Shown here: positions 29,760-38,972 of the stretch, piece after piece
Layout: each line of letters begins with the position of its first letter
Position numbering within the stretch: the first letter of the stretch is position 1
Source of the DNA: Candidatus Latescibacterota bacterium
GTDB lineage: Bacteria; Latescibacterota; UBA2968; UBA8231
Reading direction: 5' to 3'
NCBI GenBank assembly: GCA_965206595.1
Contig: OZ242214.1
Span: 3,488,001 to 3,552,000, forward strand
DNA: 64,000 bases
The notes under the pieces: model-generated
What the model saw: only the letters and a program-made list of their open reading frames with translations
Database searches by the model: none
Told to the model about the DNA's origin: nothing
Made by a program: the position numbers and the translations under genes

Positions 29760-30659
29760 TTACTTCGAGACCGAGGCCTTTATACGTCCCCAGCTGTCTT
29801 CTTCGACCGCGCTCGCAAAATCTACAGTCTCATCAATCGGAAGAAGGAGAAAGTCCGCGAGAAAGTCCGCGTCGCCGAAACTTTCAACGTTGGGTCCGAT
29901 CGTCCAGCGTCCCCAGCAGTTGCAGTCATCGGTGAACTCGGCATCCCCGTCGTGAACCTGAACGCTCACGCCGATGATCTGGTCAGCAGCGAAGTCGTGC
30001 AGAATGCTCTCTTCAGGGGATGTCCAGTTGTAGTCATCCCAGTAGAGCTGCCACCACTCAGCATAGGTACGAGCTTCCTGATTGGAACCTGGAGTTCCGT
30101 CGACCTGGTGCGCCTGTTGCGACCACTCGGGATCACGGTACCAGTCGCCTTGAGTCATCCAGAACCAAGTCCAGTTCTCCGAAAAACCTTCGTCAAAGGC
30201 CCAGTGGTGGGTCTGAGCGTGACGACCTTTCTGGCGCTGGGCCTCTTCGTCTGTCATGCCCTCGATGCTCCAGAAGGTGCCACCGCTGTGGTCGGCATCA
30301 ATCACACCTTCGATGGTTTCGCCACCGATGTGGATGTCGTCGAATTTCTCGAAGACATAATAGATTCGATCGCTCTCATCGTTGTAGGCCAGGGCCCAAC
30401 GGAACGAGAGAGAAGAGGGATCGAGATCGCCCACATAGTTCCAGGGACGTTCGTCGCTCTGAACGACATCGACTTCGGTGATGAAGAACTCCGGCGGGAC
30501 GATATCCCACTCACCCAGATCACCGTCGAGAACCGGCAGAGCGTTTTCGGGCCAAGCCCAAACAGCGCCTAAAAAATCCGGCGGGTCGTGTGCTGTTGCG
30601 GTGCTGCTCAACGAGAAAACGAGAGCGCCTGCAAGCAGCAATGAGGAAAGCTTCTTCAC
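29760..30659 (-). CDS. secreted acidic Trp-rich protein, CBM9/DOMON-like, with C-terminal AVEEDSWGRIKAS motif
   Basis: GTG start with AAGGAG RBS. Signal peptide ending ATA-H. PVLDGDLGEW and LAYN...RIYY motifs. Own promoter and terminator. Confidence 0.8.
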   Translation of the reverse strand: MKKLSSLLLAGALVFSLSSTATAHDPPDFLGAVWAWPENALPVLDGDLGEWDIVPPEFFITEVDVVQSDERPWNYVGDLDPSSLSFRWALAYNDESDRIYYVFEKFDDIHIGGETIEGVIDADHSGGTFWSIEGMTDEEAQRQKGRHAQTHHWAFDEGFSENWTWFWMTQGDWYRDPEWSQQAHQVDGTPGSNQEARTYAEWWQLYWDDYNWTSPEESILHDFAADQIIGVSVQVHDGDAEFTDDCNCWGRWTIGPNVESFGDADFLADFLLLPIDETVDFASAVEEDSWGRIKASVSK

Positions 30660-30784
30660 AGCTGACTCCTTCAGCTAAGGGATGGAGGGTTTGGTTCAGA
30701 CAGCAAATTGAAAAGCAGAAAATTCCGCCCAAGAGTCCTTACCGACTCACCTCCTTACGCAATTGCCACGGGGCGAATTTGGAG

Positions 30785-30830
30785 ATATATCGGCGATATC
30801 GGATATATCGGCGATATCGGGCGATATCGA
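30785..30830. repeat. about five imperfect 9-bp tandem units (G/T)ATATCGG(C/A)
   Basis: tatatcggc gatatcgga tatatcggc gatatcggg c gatatcga in intergenic DNA. Confidence 0.85.
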
Positions 30831-30837
30831 ATGTATC

Positions 30838-30866
30838 TAAATACGAAATCAAACATCGAATGTCAA
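30838..30866 (-). promoter_or_regulatory. candidate sigma70 promoter TTGACA-N17-TATTTA for the 29760-30659 gene
   Basis: Perfect -35 at 30861-30866, 17-bp spacer, imperfect -10 at 30838-30843, AT-rich context. Confidence 0.55.
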
Positions 30867-30943
30867 GAATTTATTTGGGAGTGCAACAGAACTTCGTCAA
30901 TCCGTTGGAAGAACTGCAATTGCATGTTTTTCAACAAGTTACG

Positions 30944-33904
30944 CTAATCCAATCCCGCGAATATCGACACGAAGGTCAGCCCGGCCGTCTCGATCTCCCG
31001 CGACTCGTCCACCACCTCGAGGGATCGCCGGTCGATGCGAATACCCCCTTGCAGGGTCAGGCTGTAGCCGAGATACTCGCTTCTGTTCGTAAGCTGCACG
31101 GCGAAGACGGAACCGAGAAAATCGCCCGTGAACTGGCCGGCAGCCATGTCGTCTTCGGCATCTTTCAGATTGAAGAACAACCGCTGCTCGTAGCCGAGTT
31201 GGAGTTGGGTCTGACGCAGCAGCGGAACACTACCCTGCAGAAAAATCAGTCCATCCCAAGAACGCCTCTTGACCAGATCTCTTCCAAATGGGGTCTCTTG
31301 CAGATATTCGCTCTTGACTCGGGGACCGAGCTGAAACATTCCCAGATCGAAAACATAGTCTGCCTTGTTGATGATCCCGAAAAAACCCGAATTCTCGCGT
31401 CCGTTGCGCCCCTCCGGTCCCAATGGGTCGAACAGTACGATCGGGTCGCCGGCCACGTCTAGCAGTCTGTTGCCGTTTTCATCGAGTGCGAATTCGACAT
31501 CAGCGTTGCGTTGGCGCCAGCGATCCCATTTGAACCTGTGCAGGGTGCCCCAACCTCGGGGGCTGTCATAGCCCCACTCGGCGTAGAGGGTATTGATCCA
31601 CGTGTCCCGCGCCGCCAAGCGATCATGAATCGGCGTCAGCCGCCCGGCGCTCTCGGAAGCCAGGCCGAAGTCGGCTCTGGGGATCACCCATTGTACCAGG
31701 TGATCCGGGATATCGTCCTTGGCCAGCTTCAACATGTCGAACACGCGGAGACGCCCCCAGCTGGCGTTGTCGTGATCGAGAGCGGACACCGCGTACGAGG
31801 TGACGTTCTCGCGCTCACTTTTTTGCAATTCCTGTCGAAGCTGCCCCAGGCGCAATTTGGCGTCCGGGCCGAACTGCAGGCCGCCGTAGGCGTTGTATCC
31901 GTGGTGGTCCTTCTTGTACGGGTAGTCCGGGTCGTCGTCGTTCTCGAAGCGCTCCACCCAGCCGTTGTTGTTGAGGTCGATACCGTACAGAAATTCAGGT
32001 CGGTCGCTCCGGTACCGGAGGAACGGCTCGTCGTAGTCTGGAAAGAGGTTCCGGCGATCGAATATGTTGTTCTGGTTGAAATCGGAGATGAAGTCCCCGT
32101 TTTCATCGTACCCCGGGAACACTTCCGGATCGGCTCGCCCCCTGGGTTCAATCGTAGTTTCCTGCAGTCCCTCCTGCGGTATCAGGCTTCCCTCACCGAT
32201 TCGCAGCTGGTCGGGATGTCTGTCGTTGTCGTCGTTGTCGTCGACGAAGTCGTAGAGTTCGTTAGTGGCTTCGGGTGAGTAATCGGCGTTTCCCCCCTGG
32301 CGCAGTGGCAGCACGCTGGTCGAATACTCGTCATCCATTCCGAATCCTTCGACGAACAGGGTCGCCGGCCCATTGCGCCACGAAAGATTGGCCAGCCAGC
32401 CGAGAGCGTGTCCGTCCCCCCTGATGCCGGATATTGCGCGGTGCTCCTTGCGGTTGGCTACCGGATATTTTCGGTACTGTGTGTTTATGTTGGCCTCGCC
32501 GTAGAAGTCGATGCCGTAAAAGTTCCGGATTTCGGTGGTGAACCCGACGATCTGGGTCGCCGTTGGAATGCCATAATCGAAAACCACCTCGCGCTGGTTC
32601 AGCTGGTTCTTGATGTTGCCTTCAGCGCGCGCCGCAACACGAAATTGAGGCACTCCGAAACGGTCCGTCTGCCGGTTCGAGCTCATCTCGACGCGGTAGT
32701 CGTTCGCAAGGACCAGCCGCACGCGCACGTTGCGGATATTGTCGATCGCGGCCACGGCTTCGTCGGTCGTCAGGTTGAGTTGCTGCTGCAGCTTTGCCCG
32801 CAACGTCCCCGATTCATCGTCCCCTTCATTGGGTGCCAGCACGTACCGCAACACGATGTCCTCAGGGCCGTCTGCGGTCAGGAATCCCTGCAGGACCTTG
32901 CCCCCTTCGATGGCCGGGCGGAAGCCGAGATCGTTGGCTGAGAACGTGGTGTCTGTCGCCACCATCATCTCTTCGCCTTCGATGAGGGTTTCGCGCAGAA
33001 GAGTGGTTGTAATTTCGATGTCATCGCTGAACAGGACCGCTCCACCCTCGTTGTCTTCTGGAGAATCGTCAGCCAGGCGCAGTACCAGCAGATCGAGGCG
33101 CTGACTCAGCTGCTCGCTGTTCAGTCTGCCGGTGAAGGCGTTGCCCCCGAATGCATCGGCTGCACCGGTCCCGTTGTGGCTGTTAACGAAGGTCAGTCCC
33201 AACGTCAGAAAATCGCTCACGTCCGCGGTGGAGCGGACCGCCGCGAGGTTCGTAAAATTCTGGAAAGTCGATGAACCCGATCCCAGCGCAGGGAATGAGA
33301 TGCGCGAGAACAGGCCGGTTGCGTGGAAGCGCTCCGCGGTATACTCGGTCACCACCCCGTTGAAACCGGCTTTGCGGAACGTCATCGGCGTCAGAGTCAT
33401 GCTGATCTCGTCCCCGACCATGACAGTGAAACCGCGGCCTCGACTGATGTCCGAGGCGATAACGAGCCGGTTGAACCAGTTGTGGTAGCGGGCGGCGGCA
33501 ACGATACGCGACGAGCTTGAGATTACAGGCTGCACCTGCTGCCAGCCGTACACCGACCACCCCTGGGTGACGAGGTCCCCGAAGAAATCATAGTAGTAGT
33601 TCCCCTCGAGTCCGGCGTCGACATAGCGCTTCTGCCTGCGCTTTGCCCAGTTGGTGTACGCCCACTGCTGGCGCCCGTGCTCGCTGAAGTGCACCGGGCC
33701 GAGGTACCATCTCTGTATGGCAGGATCGAGGGCTTCCATGTAATTTGAAACCCCTGGGGTGCGGTACAACAGGCGACCACCTACCCGATCCCCCAGCCGT
33801 CCCCCGAAGTCGGGGGTTTGCGCTCGCAGTGGAGTCTGTCCCAGCAGGAGTATGCAGAAAGCCCCCGCCAGAGCGGCCGTCACAAGACCGTTGCCCGGCT
33901 TCAT
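30944..33904 (-). CDS. large exported protein, putative outer-membrane beta-rich protein with Asp/Asn-rich Ca-binding-like core
   Basis: Signal peptide. DDNDDNDRHPD, FPGYDENGDFISDFNQN, GIDLNNNGW. Amphipathic strands in the C-terminal third, ending FVSIFAGLD. Confidence 0.7.
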   Translation of the reverse strand: MKPGNGLVTAALAGAFCILLLGQTPLRAQTPDFGGRLGDRVGGRLLYRTPGVSNYMEALDPAIQRWYLGPVHFSEHGRQQWAYTNWAKRRQKRYVDAGLEGNYYYDFFGDLVTQGWSVYGWQQVQPVISSSSRIVAAARYHNWFNRLVIASDISRGRGFTVMVGDEISMTLTPMTFRKAGFNGVVTEYTAERFHATGLFSRISFPALGSGSSTFQNFTNLAAVRSTADVSDFLTLGLTFVNSHNGTGAADAFGGNAFTGRLNSEQLSQRLDLLVLRLADDSPEDNEGGAVLFSDDIEITTTLLRETLIEGEEMMVATDTTFSANDLGFRPAIEGGKVLQGFLTADGPEDIVLRYVLAPNEGDDESGTLRAKLQQQLNLTTDEAVAAIDNIRNVRVRLVLANDYRVEMSSNRQTDRFGVPQFRVAARAEGNIKNQLNQREVVFDYGIPTATQIVGFTTEIRNFYGIDFYGEANINTQYRKYPVANRKEHRAISGIRGDGHALGWLANLSWRNGPATLFVEGFGMDDEYSTSVLPLRQGGNADYSPEATNELYDFVDDNDDNDRHPDQLRIGEGSLIPQEGLQETTIEPRGRADPEVFPGYDENGDFISDFNQNNIFDRRNLFPDYDEPFLRYRSDRPEFLYGIDLNNNGWVERFENDDDPDYPYKKDHHGYNAYGGLQFGPDAKLRLGQLRQELQKSERENVTSYAVSALDHDNASWGRLRVFDMLKLAKDDIPDHLVQWVIPRADFGLASESAGRLTPIHDRLAARDTWINTLYAEWGYDSPRGWGTLHRFKWDRWRQRNADVEFALDENGNRLLDVAGDPIVLFDPLGPEGRNGRENSGFFGIINKADYVFDLGMFQLGPRVKSEYLQETPFGRDLVKRRSWDGLIFLQGSVPLLRQTQLQLGYEQRLFFNLKDAEDDMAAGQFTGDFLGSVFAVQLTNRSEYLGYSLTLQGGIRIDRRSLEVVDESREIETAGLTFVSIFAGLD

Positions 33905-33906
33905 TT

Positions 33907-36684
33907 CTACTCTACTCCAGCGTAGATCGTCATGAAGCTCGTGGTTTCGGTTCTGCCTTCAGACTTCTTTCCGAACACACCCGGCGAACTCTGTTCCACC
34001 GACTCCGACAGAATGCGGCCGACCCGCAGCCCGATCTGCGTGGTTAGACGATAGCCCAGGTATTGCGAGTTGTTGGTCAGCTGCAGCGCGAAGATCGCCG
34101 AGCGTAGATCGCCGGTCGGGCCGGTGATTCCCAGATCTACCATCTCGTCTTCGTCCGTCTCCTGGTCGGAAAACTGAGCCAGCTCGACGCCTCCTGTAAC
34201 GACACTCCTGCTGAGCACCGGGAACTGGGCAAGCAGAATCGCCAAGCCCGTCCACTGCTTGCGATCCTCCCTCTCTTTCAGGAAGGCGTCCTGCCGCAGG
34301 AATTCGCTCTTCAGCTTCGGCTGCAGGTCGAGGTTCCCGATTGAGTAGTCACCCTCGACCTTGTTGATGATCCCGATGAGGCTGGTCGTGCCGTTCAGCG
34401 GGCGCCCCTCGATGTCCTGCGCCCCTTCCTCGATCTGGTTGTAAAACTCGTACTTCATCTTGTTGACAACCTTCAGCCGCGGAATCGACGTATAGTCGAG
34501 CCCCAACCAGGCCGTGTTTATCCACGTGTCAGGCGCATTCAGGAGATCCTCAACCAGCGGCTGGGCCGGGGCACTGCGAAACGGCGAAGGTGCTCTGCGG
34601 TCATCGGGAATCGTATCCGCGACACGCTTCAGCATATCGAACACCCGCACCCGACCAATACCTGCGTAGTCCTTATCGAAGGTGAACATCCCGTAAGTGG
34701 TGCGGTTGTCGCGTTTGTCGGAGAGCATGCGCTCGTCCAGGCGTCCCACGAACACGCGGGTTTCCGGGGTCAGGTGAGTTCCTACGAAGAGGTTGTAGCC
34801 ACGGCGGTCCGCTTTGTACGGATAGTCGGCCAACTCGTCGTCCTCGAAGCGATCGATCCAGCCGTTGTTGTTGAGGTCGATACCGAACAGGTACTCGGGG
34901 CGATCGACGTGGTGGCGCAGGAACGGCTCCTCATAGTCGGGGATGATGTTGGGAACCGAAGTGTTGTCGTTCTGGTTGAAGTCGGAAATGAAGTCGTTGT
35001 TCTCGTCCCACCCGGGGAAGACATTGAAGTCGGCCGCCTGACTGCCGACACGGGCCCAGTCGGGCCTGCTGTCCTGATCGTCGTTGTCCTCGACGAACTC
35101 ATAAATGGAATCCAGCGGAAAGTCGTACCTGAAGTCCCCCTCGTTGTCGGTTACGTAGGTACTTGTCGAGTAGTCGTGGTCAATTGAATACAGCTCGGCA
35201 AAGCCGAAGTGGGGGTATTCCTGTTTGGACAACGTGAAGATGCCTGCCTCCGCCTGCTCGGATGAGATTTCATGGCCCTCGTCAGCGGCAAAGCGGGCGG
35301 CGTTCGGATACTGCGAGTAGCGGATGTTGCGGTCCCACTCCCCGTAGAAATCGAACCCCGCTATATCCGTCCCCTCGATCGTGAATCCGCCAATGAGATT
35401 GGCTGTCGGCAGTCCGTAATTGAACTTCACAACCCGGACGTTCGAGATGTCCTTGATGTTGCCCGCTGCCCGCTTGACGTTGAGCAGCACAGGCTCGGAC
35501 TCGTCGATGACCGAGGCGGTCAGAGGCGCCGCCGGCACCTGGCGGCGGCCGGTCTGCCGGTTCGACCACATGTCTATACGGTAGTCGTTGGCGAGTAGGT
35601 AATCGAACTCGACGTCGACGATGCTCGTGAGGTCCGGGCCTACGTACGCCGGGTCGGTGAAGTCGTAGTTTATCACGATCCGCTCGCTGCCGTCGGCGGC
35701 GAGGAATCCTTCCCGCTCCAAACCGCCGAATATGGTTGGCCACTCCGTGCCGGAGCGGACGACCTCCTCGAGGGTGAACACGGTTTCCATGCCCGTCTCG
35801 AAGTCCCTGCTGCGGATGCGGATGTCGTGGCTGAACAGCGCAGCCCCTCCCTCGTTGTCGTCAGGGCTGTCGTCGCTGAGGACGATGGCCACTGCAGAGA
35901 TCGGAGTGCTGCTTTGTCCGGCGGTCAGGTTTCCGGCGATGAAGTTTCCCGTAAACATGTCGAGCGAGGTATTGGCGTTGCGGGCGTCGACCAGCGTACT
36001 CCCCAGGGTGATGAAATCCCCGAGCTGCAGCGTGGCGCGGCCGCCGACGAGGCTCGTGGAGTTGGTCCGCTTGAGGGGGGTGGTGGTGGTTCCTCCGGCC
36101 GGGTCGCTGATGCGCGAAGCGATGATCGTGGCGGCGTATTTGTCTGCTGCGAAATCGATCTGAAGACCGTTGAAGTCCGGCTTGGAGAAGGTCATCGGCG
36201 TAAGGGTCGTGCGGATCCGGTTGCCAAGAGTGATGGCGTAGGCGTACTGGCCCTTGGCATCGCTGCTGACACCGAGGCTGTTGAAGAAGCCCTGGAACCT
36301 GCTGCCCTTGAAGATGCCGGAGCCCTCCTGCTGCGGCTGGTCCTGGCGCCAGTCGTAGACCAGCCAGCCCCTGCTGACGTAGTCTCCAAAGAAATCGTAG
36401 AAGTAGTCCCCTTCCAGGGCCGTATTGACGTAGCGCTGATAGTGAGTACGGGCGTAGTTGGAGTATTCCCACTGGCGCCAGCGATATTCATTATACAGTT
36501 CCTGCGGCACGTACCATCTTTTGACCGTCGGATCCAGAGCTCCGAAGACTACTCCCGGCCCTCTGGGCTCGAACGACACGGCGCCCCCCCGTTGGACCCC
36601 GAGGCGACTGCCGTAATCCTGTGCCATAGTCGCCGTCGCGGTCAGCGCGAGGAACGTCAGTACCGATCCTGCACGGATTTTCAA
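33907..36684 (-). CDS. large exported protein, paralogue of 30944-33904
   Basis: TTG start at 36684 after GGGAGG RBS. Signal peptide then QDYGSRLG. Same conserved blocks (TLTPMTF.K..FNG, DDSP.DNEGGA, FPGWDENNDFISDFNQN). Ends FMTIYAGVE, 2 bp from its partner. Confidence 0.7.
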   Translation of the reverse strand: MKIRAGSVLTFLALTATATMAQDYGSRLGVQRGGAVSFEPRGPGVVFGALDPTVKRWYVPQELYNEYRWRQWEYSNYARTHYQRYVNTALEGDYFYDFFGDYVSRGWLVYDWRQDQPQQEGSGIFKGSRFQGFFNSLGVSSDAKGQYAYAITLGNRIRTTLTPMTFSKPDFNGLQIDFAADKYAATIIASRISDPAGGTTTTPLKRTNSTSLVGGRATLQLGDFITLGSTLVDARNANTSLDMFTGNFIAGNLTAGQSSTPISAVAIVLSDDSPDDNEGGAALFSHDIRIRSRDFETGMETVFTLEEVVRSGTEWPTIFGGLEREGFLAADGSERIVINYDFTDPAYVGPDLTSIVDVEFDYLLANDYRIDMWSNRQTGRRQVPAAPLTASVIDESEPVLLNVKRAAGNIKDISNVRVVKFNYGLPTANLIGGFTIEGTDIAGFDFYGEWDRNIRYSQYPNAARFAADEGHEISSEQAEAGIFTLSKQEYPHFGFAELYSIDHDYSTSTYVTDNEGDFRYDFPLDSIYEFVEDNDDQDSRPDWARVGSQAADFNVFPGWDENNDFISDFNQNDNTSVPNIIPDYEEPFLRHHVDRPEYLFGIDLNNNGWIDRFEDDELADYPYKADRRGYNLFVGTHLTPETRVFVGRLDERMLSDKRDNRTTYGMFTFDKDYAGIGRVRVFDMLKRVADTIPDDRRAPSPFRSAPAQPLVEDLLNAPDTWINTAWLGLDYTSIPRLKVVNKMKYEFYNQIEEGAQDIEGRPLNGTTSLIGIINKVEGDYSIGNLDLQPKLKSEFLRQDAFLKEREDRKQWTGLAILLAQFPVLSRSVVTGGVELAQFSDQETDEDEMVDLGITGPTGDLRSAIFALQLTNNSQYLGYRLTTQIGLRVGRILSESVEQSSPGVFGKKSEGRTETTSFMTIYAGVE

Positions 36685-36731
36685 AGCTGGTTTCCTCCCA
36701 TGTTGCAGCTGAAACTTCTGGTAGTCCCGGC

Positions 36732-38972
36732 TCAATAAGCCAGACTGACTACACCTGGAATTTTTTCCGCCCCGGTTCCGGCGTCGAGGGCGACGACGTA
36801 GATGTAATTTCCAGGCGGCATCAGGTCTCCCGCTTCGTTGCGACCGTCCCATTCCTGGGTGAAACGGCCGCTGGATTTGGTTCCGCTGTAGATCCTGATG
36901 CGCCTCCCCGACAGGTCGTAGATTGCGAAATCGAGCTGGGTCGGTCTGGCGATGTTGGTGATATCGCATGCGATCGAAACGAATTCATTGATGCCGTCCC
37001 CGTTGGGCGAAAACACCGCCGGAATCGCCTTGACGTTGACGAGCAGCTCATCGATGACCGGCACATCGACAAAGAGGTTGCGCGATACCGGTGTGCCGAT
37101 CGGATCGGTGTCCGGGTCGGTTTGACCGGATTGGCTCAGGTCGGCGGCATTGCCCGGCTCGAGAGGCTGACCGAAGGCCGGATCCTGCTCATTGAGAGCC
37201 ACCCCGCTGAAGCGGGTGCCTACCCGCAGAACGGTGCTGTGAAAATCGACTCGCAACAGGGTCCCGCTTTCATCCACGTGGGGGAAAGCCAGTGTGAAAC
37301 CGCTGCTGTCGTTTTCCACGACGGTAAAATCCCCCTTGGCCGCAGGGGTATCGGTGACGGACTGCCCGGTGAAATCAGCCTCGTGACGGACGGTGCCGGC
37401 GGCGGAAAGAATTTGCACCGAGCCCATGCTCCGGGTCTGCAGCGGTGTCGCGATGCGCAGGCTGCCAAATCCGAGGTCATCACCCTTGCTCGTGTAGAGT
37501 ACGGCGTAGGTGAAAGCGGTTTCTTCTCCAAGGACAGCCGAACGGGGAAATATCTCCGCCAGCAGAGAATCCGCGAACACCGGGCGCGAAATGTCGAAAG
37601 CCAGCCCGCCTACCCCCGTGGCCGAATCGAAGGTCTCGTTGGCGAAGCCTATCCTGAACTGGAGGTACCGCCTGGTTCCGCTGGTGACGATGGGAATCCC
37701 GGTGGTCTCGTCCTCGAGAGCCTCTTCCCCCGCGATCCCGTCCGGGGTATAAGGAGGCGACCAGGCGCTCCAGTTTGTCAGATCGTCCCTGATCGACGAC
37801 CTGGCGTCCGTGTCGAGGTTGAAGTAAGAGGCGTTGTCGAGGGTGATCGACTGTCGGTCCTCGAGGGAAAGATTGTTGAAGGTGAGCAGCGATTCGCGCC
37901 CGTCCCCTTCGGGGTTGTCGAGAACGGTTTCGATCAAGGCGACGAGATCGGCGTCCTCGACCTCGGATGCCGGTTTCCAGGGCGCGTCGATCGGGATTTC
38001 CTCAACGGTCGCCCCGAGCCGCACGACCCTGCCGGAGGGCTGCACGCCTATGCGGGTGTACTCGACGGGGTCGGGGTCGTTTCCCGAACGCGTCTGGATG
38101 CTGACCTGGGACCGATCCGGATCGCCGAGTTGTTCCTGTGTCCACCGGAGGTTGCCGAGAATGGCGCGTTCGCCGAAGTCGAAAACATTCGAAACGTAGG
38201 TGGCCTGAGGCACGAAACCATCGCTGAACACCTGCATCTCCGCAATCTCGAAGCCAACGGAGGACAGGGACTTCAGCCGGATGTGGCGAACGAACCGGGT
38301 CGGAATTCTCAGGTCGACGACCGCCTCCTCGTTCTGTCCTTCGAGGGCGATCGTTTCCCAGATCAGGGCCCCGTCTCGCACCGATTCAGGGGAGCCGTCA
38401 TTGACGAACAGTTCGTACCCCTTGATGAATTCGCGCTGGTTGGGAAACGCTGGGGCCGGGAAATCTTCAGCGGCGTTGCGAGGAAAGAAGCGGAAGCGGT
38501 TGACACCGAATACCGACCCGAGATCGAACTGCATGATCAACCCGAAGGCCCCGGCGCTCGATCCAGCTGACAACGCCTTCACTTCGAGGGCGCTGTTTCC
38601 GTCCCCGTCATACATCTTAGGAAAGTTGCCTTCGAGCGTGCGAAAAGAAGGCAGTGGCGTGAAAACCTGTCCGCCCCGGACAACGACTCCCAGCAGGATG
38701 TTGTCGGAGGTATCTGCCTGCTGCGGAAAGATCCAGCCAGACCTGTCGAGCAGGTCAAAGTCGATAACCCCACCCGGGGTGTTGGTTTCATCGACGTTTC
38801 TGTCGTCGAGGATCACCGTCGCAGGAATATCCCCTCCGCCGCCTTCCCAGGGCAGGCCGGAAACCCCGACGACTATGGATTCGGTCGTGGCACCGGAGGC
38901 TCCGGCGGAAAGGAGGACCAAGGCACTGGTTGCTGCCAGGATCGGGACTCGAGCAGCGTCACTAGTGATCAT
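36732..38972 (-). CDS. secreted protein, discoidin-like domain plus FlgD-Ig/CTD-like domain
   Basis: Signal peptide. MYDGDGNS, FDLGSVFGV, FEIAEMQVF, QTRSG, WSAWS, FSPNGDGINE, WDGRN, PPGNY, VVSLAY. Confidence 0.8.
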   Translation of the reverse strand: MITSDAARVPILAATSALVLLSAGASGATTESIVVGVSGLPWEGGGGDIPATVILDDRNVDETNTPGGVIDFDLLDRSGWIFPQQADTSDNILLGVVVRGGQVFTPLPSFRTLEGNFPKMYDGDGNSALEVKALSAGSSAGAFGLIMQFDLGSVFGVNRFRFFPRNAAEDFPAPAFPNQREFIKGYELFVNDGSPESVRDGALIWETIALEGQNEEAVVDLRIPTRFVRHIRLKSLSSVGFEIAEMQVFSDGFVPQATYVSNVFDFGERAILGNLRWTQEQLGDPDRSQVSIQTRSGNDPDPVEYTRIGVQPSGRVVRLGATVEEIPIDAPWKPASEVEDADLVALIETVLDNPEGDGRESLLTFNNLSLEDRQSITLDNASYFNLDTDARSSIRDDLTNWSAWSPPYTPDGIAGEEALEDETTGIPIVTSGTRRYLQFRIGFANETFDSATGVGGLAFDISRPVFADSLLAEIFPRSAVLGEETAFTYAVLYTSKGDDLGFGSLRIATPLQTRSMGSVQILSAAGTVRHEADFTGQSVTDTPAAKGDFTVVENDSSGFTLAFPHVDESGTLLRVDFHSTVLRVGTRFSGVALNEQDPAFGQPLEPGNAADLSQSGQTDPDTDPIGTPVSRNLFVDVPVIDELLVNVKAIPAVFSPNGDGINEFVSIACDITNIARPTQLDFAIYDLSGRRIRIYSGTKSSGRFTQEWDGRNEAGDLMPPGNYIYVVALDAGTGAEKIPGVVSLAY

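Noticed and set aside
29712-30572. 286-aa plus-strand ORF with ATG start
   Set aside because: Antisense to the 299-aa gene, which has a signal peptide, RBS, promoter and terminator.
30785-30830. Possible CRISPR array
   Set aside because: Units are 9 bp and contiguous, with no spacers and no cas genes.
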